Positions 38,706 through 50,681 are shown, numbered from the stretch's first letter. The stretch is 64,000 nucleotides of DNA from Eledone cirrhosa (GCA_964016885.1 OZ024750.1:29512001-29576000), one strand, 5' to 3'. Notes: generated by a model from the letters alone, not told the origin. A program made the numbers and translations.

Positions 38706-39235
38706 ATTTCACTGACCCCTACCTACATTTTACTGCCCCTATCTACATTTCACTGAACCCTATCTACATTTCACTGACCCCTACCTACATTTTACTGCCT
38801 TATCTACATTACACTGACCCCTATCTACATTACACTGACCCCTATCTACATTTCACTGCCCCTAGCTACATTTCACTGACCCCTACTTACATTACACTGA
38901 CCCCTATCTACATTACAGTGACCCCTATCTACATTTCACTGACCCCTACCAACATTTCACTGCCCCTAGCTACATTTCACTGCAACCAGCTACATTTCAT
39001 TGCCCCTAGCTGACTTTCACTGCCTCTACCTAGATTTCACTGCCACTACCTACATTTTACTGCCCCTACCTACATTTCACTGACCCCTAGCTACATTGTA
39101 CTGACCCCAAGCTGACTTTCACTGCCCTACTTACATTGTACTGCCCCCCACCCCCACCCCTAGCTACATTTTACTGACTTTCACTGCTTTTAATGGTCAC
39201 TACATCCATTTTACTGCCAGCTACATCTTACTGCC
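38706..39235. repeat. 20-21-bp minisatellite
   Basis: CTACATTTCACTGACCCCTA(T/C/G) repeated about 25 times. Confidence 0.9.
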
Positions 39236-39366
39236 TGTAGCACTGCAAATGGTATGAAATAAGATAATGTCAATATATTTATTGACATGGCATTGTGTAA
39301 TATTAAACAAACTTTAATGACTGAAATCATATGCTACATTTATTTCAAACAAAATGAAACATAAAG

Positions 39367-39600
<234 letters not shown>

Positions 39601-39990
39601 GGAGGCACATGGCTTAGTGGTTAGAGCATTAGCCTTGCAATCGAAAGGTTGTGAGTTCAATTCTCAGACCGGGTGATGTGTTGTTTCCTTGAGCAAGACA
39701 CTTTATGTCACATTGCTTTAGTTTACTCAGCTGTAGAAATGAGATGATAGGACTGGGTTCCCTATCGTTCCACTGCAAAGAGGTTGTGGAGGTGCCACGG
39801 CAAAAAAGCACCCAGCCCACACTGTAAAGTGGGCATGTAGGCGCCACGGAAAAAAAAGCACCCAGCACTCACTGTAAATGAGGTTGGTGTTAGAAAGGGC
39901 ATCCAGCTGTAGAAATCAAGCCAGAATCAGTTCCCGTCCCACCCTTGCAATCCAGGGAAAAGCGGACATAAAATGATGATGATGATGATG

Positions 39991-39991
<1 letters not shown>
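39601..39991 (+). mobile_element. Full-length tRNA-CORE SINE with RTE-derived (GAT)n tail
   Basis: A box TGGCTTAGTGG, B box GAGTTCAATTCT, CORE-like CCTTGAGCAAGACACTT; tail matches the RTE end at 20533-20580. Confidence 0.85.
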
Positions 39992-40034
<43 letters not shown>

Positions 40035-40037
<3 letters not shown>

Positions 40038-40308
40038 TCATCATCATCATCATCATCACCGTTTTACGTCCGTTCTTCCACGCTAGCATGGGTTAGACGG
40101 GTTGTCCTGTTGTGGGCAGTGTCTGGTCGGCTGACCATGCCTTGCTCATACAGGAACTGATCTGGCTTGATTTCTACAGCTGGATGCCCTTCCTAACACC
40201 AACCTCATTTACAGTGAGTGCTGGGTGCTTTTTCGTGGCGCCTACACGTCCACTTTACAGTGTGGGCTGGGTGCTTTTTTGCCGTGGCACCTCCACGACC
40301 ACCTTGCG
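40035..40308 (-). mobile_element. Inverted 3' half of the same SINE
   Basis: Near-identical reverse complement of about 39787-39935. Confidence 0.85.
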
Positions 40309-40347
40309 GTGGGGGGGGGGGGGGGGGGGGCATATTGTTTATATGCT

Positions 40348-40811
40348 TCAGCATGTACCCATGGGAGGTCGGGTACCCTGTATTACTGTGTGACGCCAGA
40401 AGTCACGGTCGTGTGTCATTGACTTTGAGAGGTGTAGTTGGGTAAGGTCGGCTTTTATCACCTCATCCCAAGTCATCTTGGGTCTCCCCACTCCGCGGTT
40501 TCCATCAACTTCTAGTGCTCTGCACCTTTTTATGCAGCTGTCATCCTTCATACGCATCACATGTCCATACCAGCGTAACCGCCTCTCCTGCACGCAGCAT
40601 TTGATTCCTCTTATGCTCAGTCTCTCTCTCAATTCATTTATGCTTTGTCGTTCACGTATATTACTGTTACACATCCATCGGAGCATGCAGGCTTCGTTTC
40701 TCTCTAATCTACGTAAGTCTTCCACCTTCAGCGCCCAGGTCTCACTACCATGCAACATCGCTGTTCGGATACACGCATCATACAGTCTGCCTTTCATTCT
40801 GAGGGAGAAGC
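40348..40811 (-). pseudogene. RTE LINE ORF 3' portion, reading frame intact
   Basis: KGRLYDACIRTAMLHGSETW...ERRLRWYGHVMR...GRPKMTW...DRDFWR, diagnostic RTE motifs. Confidence 0.92.
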
Positions 40812-40829
40812 CTTATATATATATATATA

Positions 40830-41008
40830 TAGGAAAAGAGTCAGGATCCCGACAGCTGAGTTCTGGCCATTTTGACAGCTAGATCAACAGCTGTCAAAAC
40901 GGCTGGAGCTCAGGCGTCGGGGTCCTTTTCCTGTTACCAACTCTACCACCCTAAGTACTCTGGTGCGTTATGGTCCACCTGGCATCTTATCACACCCTCT
41001 CTGTTTTT
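40830..41008. mobile_element. Family B fold-back element in (TA)n
   Basis: Imperfect inverted arms CCCGAC..CTGAG...TTTTGACAGCT/AGCTGTCAAAACGG...CTCAG..GTCGGGG plus the shared tail AGTACTCTGGTGCGTTATGGTCCA. Confidence 0.7.
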
Positions 41009-41302
41009 ATATATATATATTTAAAAGTAATAACAAAAATAAGAAAACAAACAGCACAGTACATAGAAACATATATATACATATATGGGTACCTCCACAG
41101 ACTATTTTGAAGTTTTTAGAAAATACCCGAGAATTCTTCAAGGGCAGGTAATCTCGAATTTAACTATGAATAAACAAATCTTTTAGATTTGTAAAGAAAA
41201 GTAACTATAAAAAACTACACAGGGGCGAACTTATAATGTGCAGAGTTAGTAATGCAATGAAATTAAAATCCTTGAAATTAAATTCAGTTAATCTGGTCTA
41301 TA

Positions 41303-41692
41303 TCATTTTCTTAGAATGATTTTTGTTTCGTGTGGACAGCAACTAAAACAGTCAAGGCTGGTATTTAAACAGTGTTTCTCTGAAGCCAGTTGCAAGAGTA
41401 TATTCCAATTTTCTGAGTACAAATGGCAACATTTTGTCCCATTAACACAGTTGGTGGATTTTTCCAATATACTTCATTTAATGGAAAATGCCTTGCCACT
41501 ATTTTTGAGGTTCCACATATGGTTCGCAAGCTGAGTGGCATGTTCTTTTGTCAGGATGTCTGAAGGTTGTTTCATGGTTCAGGTACCAGCTTTTGAACCG
41601 GCTTTCAGATATCTTGACATAAGTCCAGGCTTCAGTTTGGTGGCTCTGATAGTCACTTCTGCATGGTATATCACCACTGGAGTGTTGCACTG
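41303..41692 (-). pseudogene. Penelope-like element C-terminal GIY-YIG endonuclease relic
   Basis: With two frameshifts: QCNTPVVIYHAEVT / TYVKISESRFKSWYLNHETTFRH / ATQLANHMWNLKNSGKAFSIK*SILEK..NGTKCCHL...CLN...CFSCCPH..*. Confidence 0.8.
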
Positions 41693-42098
41693 TTGATTTA
41701 GTGAGCATGTCTCTGGCCTTCAGCATGATCATCTGTAAGGTGGAATATTTTTTTAGTAACATAAAATCCCACATCACTGGCAAATGCAATATTCTTCCAC
41801 TTTACAGATGCTCATAGAGAAGGCTAGAGAGATACCCACTGATTTTAAAAAAACAACTGAATAGTTATAACATTTTTGTATACAAGACATGAAAACGTGT
41901 GTTGACACAGATATTGTTATAATTTGCCAGTTGGTTATTAAACTAACCGACTGGGAAATTATAATAATAAATTGAAGTGAAGCTCAACAGGTATTGATGT
42001 TTTTTCATTGGCAGCTTGACCCTCCCAAACTATAAAAATGAATAGTTATTAGTTTACTTGATTTAAACTATTTAAAATTATTTATTTATTCACGTTAA

Positions 42099-42327
42099 CC
42101 CTTTAGTTACCAACCTGACCAAAACCGGCCCTGGTTCTATGAAATAAAATCACCCATTTTAAATGTTTCCAATTTAAATTAAAATTTCCCAACATAATTT
42201 TATATAACCTTACATTAAGTTACTATTTTAACAATGAAATGATTAATAATTTTAGTAAATCCCTCAAAATTCTTCATTAATTAATTAAAATAGAGTGTAT
42301 TTCATTAAAAATACAGTAATGAAAGAG
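42099..42327. mobile_element. piggyBac-like MITE family P2
   Basis: TTAA|CCCTTTAGTTAC...GTAATGAAAGAG|TTAA; homologue at 46963-47283 in opposite orientation, partial at about 63776. Confidence 0.75.
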
Positions 42328-42623
42328 TTAAGGTCAGTTGTTGAAGAAGGAATTGGTAGATAAATATTTTAATATTAATAATTATTTCAAATTCGATAAA
42401 ATCAAAAAGATTTCAAGTAATTGAAATTACTTCAGTATTTAACAGCAATGACCAATATATTTCGATTTAGAAATACTTGCTTGAACGGAGTAGGGAGCGG
42501 GATTCTTCTCTGAAGACAATCTACTGAGACAAGCTCTCTTGAGAATTTCTTACCACGAAAATATCAAATCGAGTTATCTCCCTGGATATTTTACAGGGGA
42601 AGTAACTTTAAATAAAATTATTT

Positions 42624-42814
42624 CAGGGTGATCACAAAAACAATCCTTGATTTCAAATACTTATAATATGAAAAGTTAAATGAACATTCTTACAAATATC
42701 GGTAGCTACAGTTGCATAAACTAACAAAGTTTTGTGGTATTGGTTGTTATCATGGACATTCGATGTGTTCTCCTTTTGTTGCTCCAAGCTCGGAGTGTTT
42801 TTGTGGTCACCCTG
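42624..42814. mobile_element. Mariner-like MITE
   Basis: TIRs CAGGGTGATCACAAAAACA / TGTTTTTGTGGTCACCCTG followed by TA. Confidence 0.8.
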
Positions 42815-43211
42815 TATAGGAAATAAAATTAAAATGTAACAGTGGGAGTTTGGTTCTTCTGGCGACGCTACTGTCTTTTGCTCTAGTGTTGGCTCGGTTG
42901 TTCACCCCTTCCTTTAAATTTTCTTTAATATTGCAACATTAAAGGAATATATCCTTCTGAAAGAATCGCGAGCAATTTATAATGTTATCTAAGCATTTAT
43001 AATGTTATTAATGTATATATTTAAAACATATTTGTTGTGTTATTCTACAGTAAATTTATTTATATGCTTTGAATTGCTAATAATTAAGTTATAAATCCTG
43101 AAGTACAGCATGTTATTGTTTCTTGTATAGCAAAGACTAAAATAGATGGTTAATGCTAACAAGAATAAGTTTTTTAGAAGTCGCTTCTCTTTCTTGCTTT
43201 GTCTCTCTCTC

Positions 43212-43247
<36 letters not shown>

Positions 43248-43254
43248 ATCCTGT

Positions 43255-44072
43255 TTCCCTTGGAGAGTCGCTGGACATGGAAGAAGACGAACTGGCCAGC
43301 CTGTTCGGTAGGACTTTCGGCCCAGGACCAATGGACAACTTCCAGAAGTCACTGGCCTGGCAGTGCTACCGAGGGGCTCTACCCGTTCGAGAGAGGCTCT
43401 ACAGACACGGGCGCCCGGGCAGGGATCCCTCAAAAAAGATTTGCCCTAGATGCGTGCGTCACGAAGAAACCGTAGCGCACGCATTGGTGCAATGTCCGGG
43501 CGTGGCTGATCTGTGGGGCTACGCCGAACAACTGCTGTCGCGGGTGGCGCCGATTAAATTGACCGCCGAGTCCGTGATGACAATCAAACCGCCTCCCCTC
43601 TTCACAAAGGAAGCAAAGGCGGTTTTTCTGTGCGTAATAGCCATGTTGAAAGAGGTTGTTTGGTGGACACGATTGAAAGGTCTGAGGTCAGGCAACTTCC
43701 TCTCTGGCCATAGTCTGGTCTACTTCTTCCGATATCACTTCGGAAGAAGGATAAGAATGGAGAGAGAGGTGCTTGGCCACAGGCAGTTTTATGAAAGGTG
43801 GGTGATAGTGGCGAGAATGGCTCGTGTAAATGGGCCTTCTCTGTATACCACCCTGTAGGTAAAGAAGTAAAGGAGAGGGGAGCACCTTCTCCATGTGCTC
43901 CCCGGGCAAAGGATTGCACACTTTTTCGGGGGTGTGTGCAACCCCCATCACGTCCCCTCCCTTTTGAGGTTATTTTCGATTATTTTCATGTTACACCCTT
44001 TTTACTCGATTATATGTAAACTACCCCTTTGTATTTGTCCCTTCTTTTTATGCCTTTATGGTAAATAAAGAA
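43255..44072 (+). mobile_element. 5'-truncated Tx1/L1-clade LINE with 21-bp TSD in (TATC)n
   Basis: TSD ATCTATCTATCTATATCCTGT at 43234-43254 and 44073-44093; AATAAA at the 3' end. Confidence 0.88.
43256..43858 (+). CDS. Tx1/L1 ORF2 C-terminus with zf-RVT CCHC finger (open, 5'-truncated)
   Basis: FQKSLAWQCYRGALPVRERL...CPRC..HEETVAHALVQCP...LW motif. Confidence 0.8.
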   Translation, partial: SLGESLDMEEDELASLFGRTFGPGPMDNFQKSLAWQCYRGALPVRERLYRHGRPGRDPSKKICPRCVRHEETVAHALVQCPGVADLWGYAEQLLSRVAPIKLTAESVMTIKPPPLFTKEAKAVFLCVIAMLKEVVWWTRLKGLRSGNFLSGHSLVYFFRYHFGRRIRMEREVLGHRQFYERWVIVARMARVNGPSLYTTL

Positions 44073-45076
44073 ATCTATCTATCTATATCCTGTCATGCCT
44101 CTCTCTCACTTTTACTTTTCACTCTTTCGCTCCTCCCTGTCTTACATTATACGATGTCGCGCCTATATCTCTATCTATTTTTTCTCTTTTTCTCCCACTC
44201 CCTTCTCTCTCTCTCTCTCTTACTCTTCGCTCTATCGCTCCTTCCCCTCTCCCTCACTGATACGCACACCACGTGTATACATATATGAACATGTGTATAA
44301 ACGCGTGTGTGTGTGTGCTTATACATATCTCCACACACACACATACACATATGAGTGTGCGTGCATACACATTGACAGTTAGAGAGAGAGAGAGAGAGAG
44401 GAGGGGGTGAGTCATAACTCATACAAGAAGACCGTTCCAGTCGATTGACACTGAAAACAACATCAATAAACATGAAATATAGATTGGAAGGGGAAATAAC
44501 CCTGTCGACCTCCCATCTTAGTATAAATCAGGTTTATAACCACGTTCTTTATAAGCGCACAGCGGATGTTAGACTATTGAAAACATTGAAATAAACGAGA
44601 CCCAGCCTGATATGAATAACAATGGCGGGCATTAGGGATTCTACAAAAGAAGAAAATGGAAGTACTACACGCTTTTGTTAAGGTTTTACGAATTGCGGCC
44701 ACCATAGACCGGGTACGACTGATTATGAATTGAAGAAAGAAATAGAGATAGACAGAAAGTACGGGGAAATGATATGGTAACTTCAAAAGGATTCGTAGGG
44801 GCGCCATATTGACATACAGTGTTTCCAGGGCATTTTAAAAGTTGGTGGAGTCCAACTCTCCAGGTCTGAGTACAGAAGATTTCTTCCAAAGAAGGATAGA
44901 GAGGGTTAGAAAATGGAATGGAGAAAGAGATATAGAGGTGCAATCGACCTCAGTACTCTACTGGTATTTCTTTATCGATCTCAAATTGATGAAAGGCAAA
45001 TTAGAATATTTATATCTAAATAAAAAATGTTTTGGAAGAATATTTCTGTTAAGCTATGTACTAAACACTAACTTAA

Positions 45077-46274
45077 TAATAATTGTTTCTACTTTTTGGC
45101 ACAAGGCCAGCAAATACCTAGTGTATTACTGGTACTTTATTTTATCGACCCCATAAGGGTGAAAGGCAAAGTTAACCTCGGCGAGATTTTAACTCAGAAT
45201 GGCAAGGACCATAACTCTATGCGTCAAAGCATGGCGTCCGACCCTCTACCGATACTGCCAATCCACCGCCCTCTTAATAATAATATGGTTAGTCATTTTA
45301 CCAAATTCCTTCAATCTTTACAATATTAAATAAAAGTGCTCTAACAATTCTGGAAATCTGTGACTGGTAACTTTGTTTATTAACCATAAATGGATGAATG
45401 TTAAATTGTCCTCAGCAGATTTGAACTCAGAGAGTAGAGAACCAAAATACTGCAGCCAGTGTTCTAATGATTTTAACAATTCATAATTTTGTGTGACCTT
45501 CAGCTAAAGAGACAAAGTTACCATATGGTAACCATTAGAGACAAAGTTACCATAACAACGAAAATGACAGATCAACTTAAGCTGAGTAACGAGTAACACT
45601 TCAGAGCAGAACCAGTGGAGCGTTGAAGAATATGCTTTATAGTCCTTAGTTATGGTCTTTGTGTTCTGTGGTTAAATCACGCCAAGGTCTAATTTACCTG
45701 TCAACCAATGAAATATTGGCATCGATATAATAGACTGTAATCACCTTTGGTTCAATTTTTATAATCACCCGTTGATGGATAGCTCTGACTGTTTATCCAC
45801 ACTGGTTCACAGATAAATAATGGTTTCTGATTTAGGCACAAGGCCAGCAATTTTGGAGGGGCAGGGAAAAGTCGATTAAATCCATCCCAGGGCATTACTA
45901 GTTCTTTATTTTATTTACCTCGTAAGGATGAAAAGCTAAGCTAACCTCGGTGGGATTTGAACACAAAACGTAAAGGGTTGTAACTCTATGCCAGGAAGCA
46001 TGTTGTCCAACGCTCTATGAATGATCAGACTCAAAATTCTGTGATTGAGGAGTCTATAGAGTTTTTAGTAAAAAGAAGCTTTGTATTAAATAACTGTTTA
46101 TACGTTTGGCACAAGGCCAGCAATTATCCAGTGCATTACTGGTACTTTATTTTATCGACCCCCGTAAGGATAAAAGGGAAAGTTAAAGATTTGAACTCAG
46201 AATGGCAAGGGCCGTAACTCTATACGTCAAAGCATGGCGTCCGACCCTCTACCGACACTGCCAATCCACCGCCT
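45077..46274 (-). mobile_element. Three SINE family 1 copies (45077-45272, 45817-46017, 46089-46274)
   Basis: GGCACAAGGCCAGCAA...CTCTACCGA.ACTGCCAATCCACCGCC. Confidence 0.85.
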
Positions 46275-46735
46275 TTGTATTAAATAATAAAAATAATAAT
46301 AAAAAAAATAAAACCTATCGTAGTGGGTAGAACCAGAGGAGAACCAGGGTAGAAAGTGACGTCAGACAAAAGTGTAAAGAGAAAGTGTTTATAAATGACC
46401 AGAAAATGACTGTATGTAGCTGGGGCAATGAATACGGCTAAACCGGTTATTATGAAAGACTTGAAGGAAAAGAACAGTTGAAATATCGATTTGGACAAAA
46501 TAGAACATGCTGCCATTGAAACAATGGTGAAAATGAACAGTTACTTTATTAAGAACAATTAAGATAACGAACTAATGAGAGAGAGAGAGACCTTCTGTCT
46601 AGTCATTAGAAATAACTGCCAAATATTTTTTTTAAAATCACACCTTAATGTCTGAGATCTTTTGATAACAATCTGCTTGAAACTGTCCCAGATTCTATGA
46701 TATAAAACTTCTTGTTTTAAAGTGTTTATATTTAA

Positions 46736-47283
46736 CCCTTTAGCATTTACATTACTCTATATTTACTATTGTATATTCATGGTAAAGGCTTTACCTCATA
46801 TAATTATCTCACATAATATCTAATCTATAAGATTTTGATATTATTTATTTTGAGAACAATACCTTAACATCAGTATGAGAGGCTGGTTACAACTGGTTTG
46901 AACAGAAAGAGCTGAGAGAATTCTAGCTGGCTATAGCCAGTTTAAATTCTGTCATGATTTAACCCTTTCATGACCACATTTCTAATGAAATACAATCTAT
47001 TTTAATTAATTTATGAAGAATTATGAGGGATTTGCTAAAATTATTAATTATTTCATTACTAAGAAAGTAACTTAATGTGAGGTTCTTATCATCATCATCA
47101 TTTCATCATCATCATTTTACGTCCGCTTTTCCCTGCTTAATGAAAATGAAAATTATTGTGTTCAGTGCTCAGGTGCACTATATAAAATCATATTGGAAGA
47201 TTTTAATAAAAATTGGAAACCTTTATAATGGGTGACTTTATTTCATAGAACCAGAACTCGTTTTGGTCGGGTTGGTAACTAAA
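46736..47283. mobile_element. Adjacent piggyBac-like MITEs P1 and P2, the latter holding a (GAT)n retroelement tail
   Basis: TTAACCCTTT starts at about 46732 and 46959; CATCATTTTACGTCCGCTTTTCCCTGCTT at about 47110. Confidence 0.65.
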
Positions 47284-47365
47284 TCTTCTTGTTTTAAAGT
47301 GTTTATATTTAAATATTCTGTCATCATTTTTTGTTAGAATCTTTCTTTCAGCTTTACTGTAAATA

Positions 47366-47692
47366 GTCTTCTTCTTTGCCTACTTGTTCCTGTGGGGTCA
47401 TAGGGGCAGAGTCCTCAAACACTCCTTCCAGCAGGTTCTATCCGTAGCAACCATCTTCAGCTGAGCTCATGGATGTTATCCAACCATCTTGCTCAGGGTC
47501 TACCCCTGGGTCTCCTGCCAGTTTGTTTTGCCTGTAAAATCTGTCCAGCAATTCTTTTCTGAGATATTCTAACCACATGCCTGTAATATCGGAGCTATGA
47601 TCTCTCAATTCGGAGAAATAGTGGCTCTACCTGGAGCAACTCCCTGATCTCCAAGCTACACACTCTATCGAGTAACATTACTCCAAAGACCT
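47366..47692 (-). mobile_element. RTE 3' end, (GAA)n family (further fragments at 48073-48205, 50493-50607, 52860-52980, 63160-63270)
   Basis: GGGGCAGAGTCCTCAAACACTCCTTCCAGCAGG shared with the 37363 copy. Confidence 0.8.
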
Positions 47693-47976
47693 GTATTGAT
47701 TTAAAAACGAAAAAAGTTATTTTTCTAAATTCCTGAGAACTCTGGATTATTTTTCACAATTAATGAAAACCAATAAATACTTTGTTTCATTTAAAAATAT
47801 GTTTTAAAAATAAAGGTTAAACAAAGAAAGGTTATACCAGGTAATGTAGTTGTCCATATAAAGACAGGAATGGCGCGTTTGGAATGTGTTTGATCATAGG
47901 TCTTCTCAGGGACAGATGACCCAGAGTTAAACAACAACAACAAAGACAGACCATAATAATATGCCGCGTGTGTTTG

Positions 47977-48007
<31 letters not shown>

Positions 48008-49091
48008 TTGTGTTCTGTAGCTCTTTAAAATGTTTATACACAAACACACACACAATACATTTTAGTGGCTCATTCTTCTTCTTCATCCTAAGAGGGCGGT
48101 GGTGACAGAGTTCTCAAACACTCTGTCCAGAGGTTCCTGTCAGAAACAACCCTCTCCAATTAATCCAACTAGATCCACAAGCGAAACCAGCCAAGCTCAT
48201 GGATGATGTTCATTTAAATTTTTTCATGTAATTTTTTTGCCATCTTTCATCTAAGATAATGTGTATATTTTTCAATGTTATTCAACTACATTGTAACATT
48301 TCTCTCAGACTAACAAATAAAAATACAATGTCCTATGTTAGTGTCAGTATCTTTCGGTGGTAACTGTTATATATTTATTAAGATTTATGAAAGGGGGAAA
48401 AAAAATGCTATTAAATCAGTTACACATAAATACACCAGATCCAAACACAGAGGAACCAAACTCCCACTGTCATCACTTCCGTTTCTCCCACCCTCCCCAT
48501 CTCACACTATTAGGAGCAAATAGAGTCCCATGCACTGACTGTCCCATGGTATTACGTCATGCATCAAATGAACCATGAAATAAATCAGCTTAGAACCAAA
48601 ATCAACACTACAGGAACCTGTGTTAAACCAATCCTGTTTTAAAACAACAAGGAATGTGTACTTAAATCGACTGTAAGAACTGTTTGATTTGGTTTAAATC
48701 GATAAGACTACCAACAATAATGTTGGTGTTGGATTTGGATGTAATAAAAATTATGTAAAGGTACATTATATGAGCTCATTACATGAGCTTTTATATATAT
48801 ATATATACATGCACACATGCATACACACACACACACACACACATATGTGTGTATATATATATATATACACATACATATGAGTATATGTAGTAAATATCCA
48901 TAGGTGTGAAAAAGGAAAAAGGAAAACAGGGAAGAGAGCTGATATATTATATTATTTATTAAAGTTTGTCTAATCACAATTTTGATCCCTCTTACAATCT
49001 GGAGATATGGTCAATATTAGGCCTTCAAACTTTAAGTAGCACTTTGTTCCATGTCTGAACATAAATAATATAATATAATATAATATATATA

Positions 49092-49127
<36 letters not shown>

Positions 49128-49483
49128 AGAACAAAGAATCAGTATTGCATCATATATATATTTTATTACATATTACATGTGTTTCACTGTTGATCAGCTC
49201 GAGGAACAATCAAATAATGTTTGTTCCTGACGCTGGAATCGGAAGCTCTTTAGATATGTGTTCTCACATTTAGACACATGTCAAAATTCTATTGCACCTC
49301 TACTATATTATATTATATTATATTATATTATATTATATTATATTATATTATATTATTTATAACAAACTCAACTTTATCAGAAAAATATTTTCCTGTGTGA
49401 GGTACATAGAATAGAATCTGCCAAATATATCTGCAATCATCATCATGTTAATGTCCATTTTCTCTGCTAGCAATGGTTGCATG

Positions 49484-49651
49484 CAATGCTGGGTTTAGGA
49501 CAAATGTGGCCCTGTGTTAGTTAAATTATGAAGCCTCTTACTTGGGCCCTGAAGGAGGTAAAACAACTTGGGAGCAGGAAGATGGCCCTCAACCCTGGCC
49601 AATGGGGCCCTGTGCTTAAGCACACCTAAGCACAATGGTAATCTGGCATTG
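49484..49651. mobile_element. hAT-like MITE
   Basis: CAATGCTGGGTTTA ... TAATCTGGCATTG imperfect TIRs, internal GGGCCC motifs. Confidence 0.5.
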
Positions 49652-50005
49652 GTTGGACAGGTCTACATAGACAAAATCAATACAGAAGTAGTGGCTACTG
49701 ATCTCTCAGATGGTCCAGGGATCTGTGCCTCGCTTATGTATGGCCTCATGTTCCACTGGAGACACAGGTGAGGTTGTTAGGTCTTTGACACAACCGAGGA
49801 TCCTCCCAACCCTTTATGGGGATCAGTAATATCTATGAAAGTAATATCTATACAGTACCTATGTCTGTAGAATGGAAGAAAATTGGTAAACACTTTGGTT
49901 TGAGTGGAGGTGGAGGTTCTTTATATAATAATAATAATAATGAAATTATTGTGTATAGTGCTCAGGTGCACTACAACTCGTCAAAGGTGCATGTATAGTA
50001 CATAG

Positions 50006-50389
50006 AATAATTGTTTCTACTTTTGGCACAAGGCCAGCAATTTCCCCAGTGCATTACTGGTGCTATATTTTATCGACTCCGCAAGGATGAAAGGCAAAAT
50101 TAACTTCGGCGGGATTTGAACTCAGAACGTAAAGGGCCATAACTCTATGCTGCAAAGCATGGTGTCTGACACTCTACCAATACACCACCATAGTATATAG
50201 AATAATTGTTTCTATTTTTGGCACAAGGCCACCAATTATCTCAGTGCATTACTGGTACTTTATTTTATCGACCCCCCCGTAAGGATGAAAGGCAAAGTTA
50301 ACCTCGGCGGGATTTGAACTCAGATCATAAAGGGAGGTAACTCTATGTGTCAAAGCATGGCGTCCGACTCTCTACCGATACTGCCAATC
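50006..50389 (-). mobile_element. Two SINE family 1 copies
   Basis: Near-consensus bodies; TAGTA(C/T)ATAGAATAATTGTTTCTA precedes each copy. Confidence 0.85.
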
Positions 50390-50681
50390 AGGAAAGTGAA
50401 CAGTGTATGAGTCATGTTGTACACACAGATACATGTGTGTGTGTGTGTGTATGGAGGGGGAATATAGAAATCATTGGAAAACAAACAAAAAGTCTTCTTC
50501 TGCAGAGAGAGGGGTTGGGGCCAGTGTTCTTAGACACATCTTCCAGGTTTTCCTATCAAAAGCAACCGTCACCAAATGATCCAGCTGGATCTCCAAGTAA
50601 CACCAACTGAAATGGGTTTTTTTCTAATTTGTACAATTTCCTGTTAAACATTAGTTGGTTTTTCTAAATGGTGACTGACAT

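Noticed and set aside
39601-39680. tRNA gene
   Set aside because: A/B boxes run into a CORE body and LINE tail with no proper acceptor stem; this is a SINE head
41474-41476. In-frame TGA as selenocysteine in the PLE endonuclease
   Set aside because: It falls at a position expected to be Trp (TGG>TGA) in a frameshifted, decayed copy; no SECIS recognised
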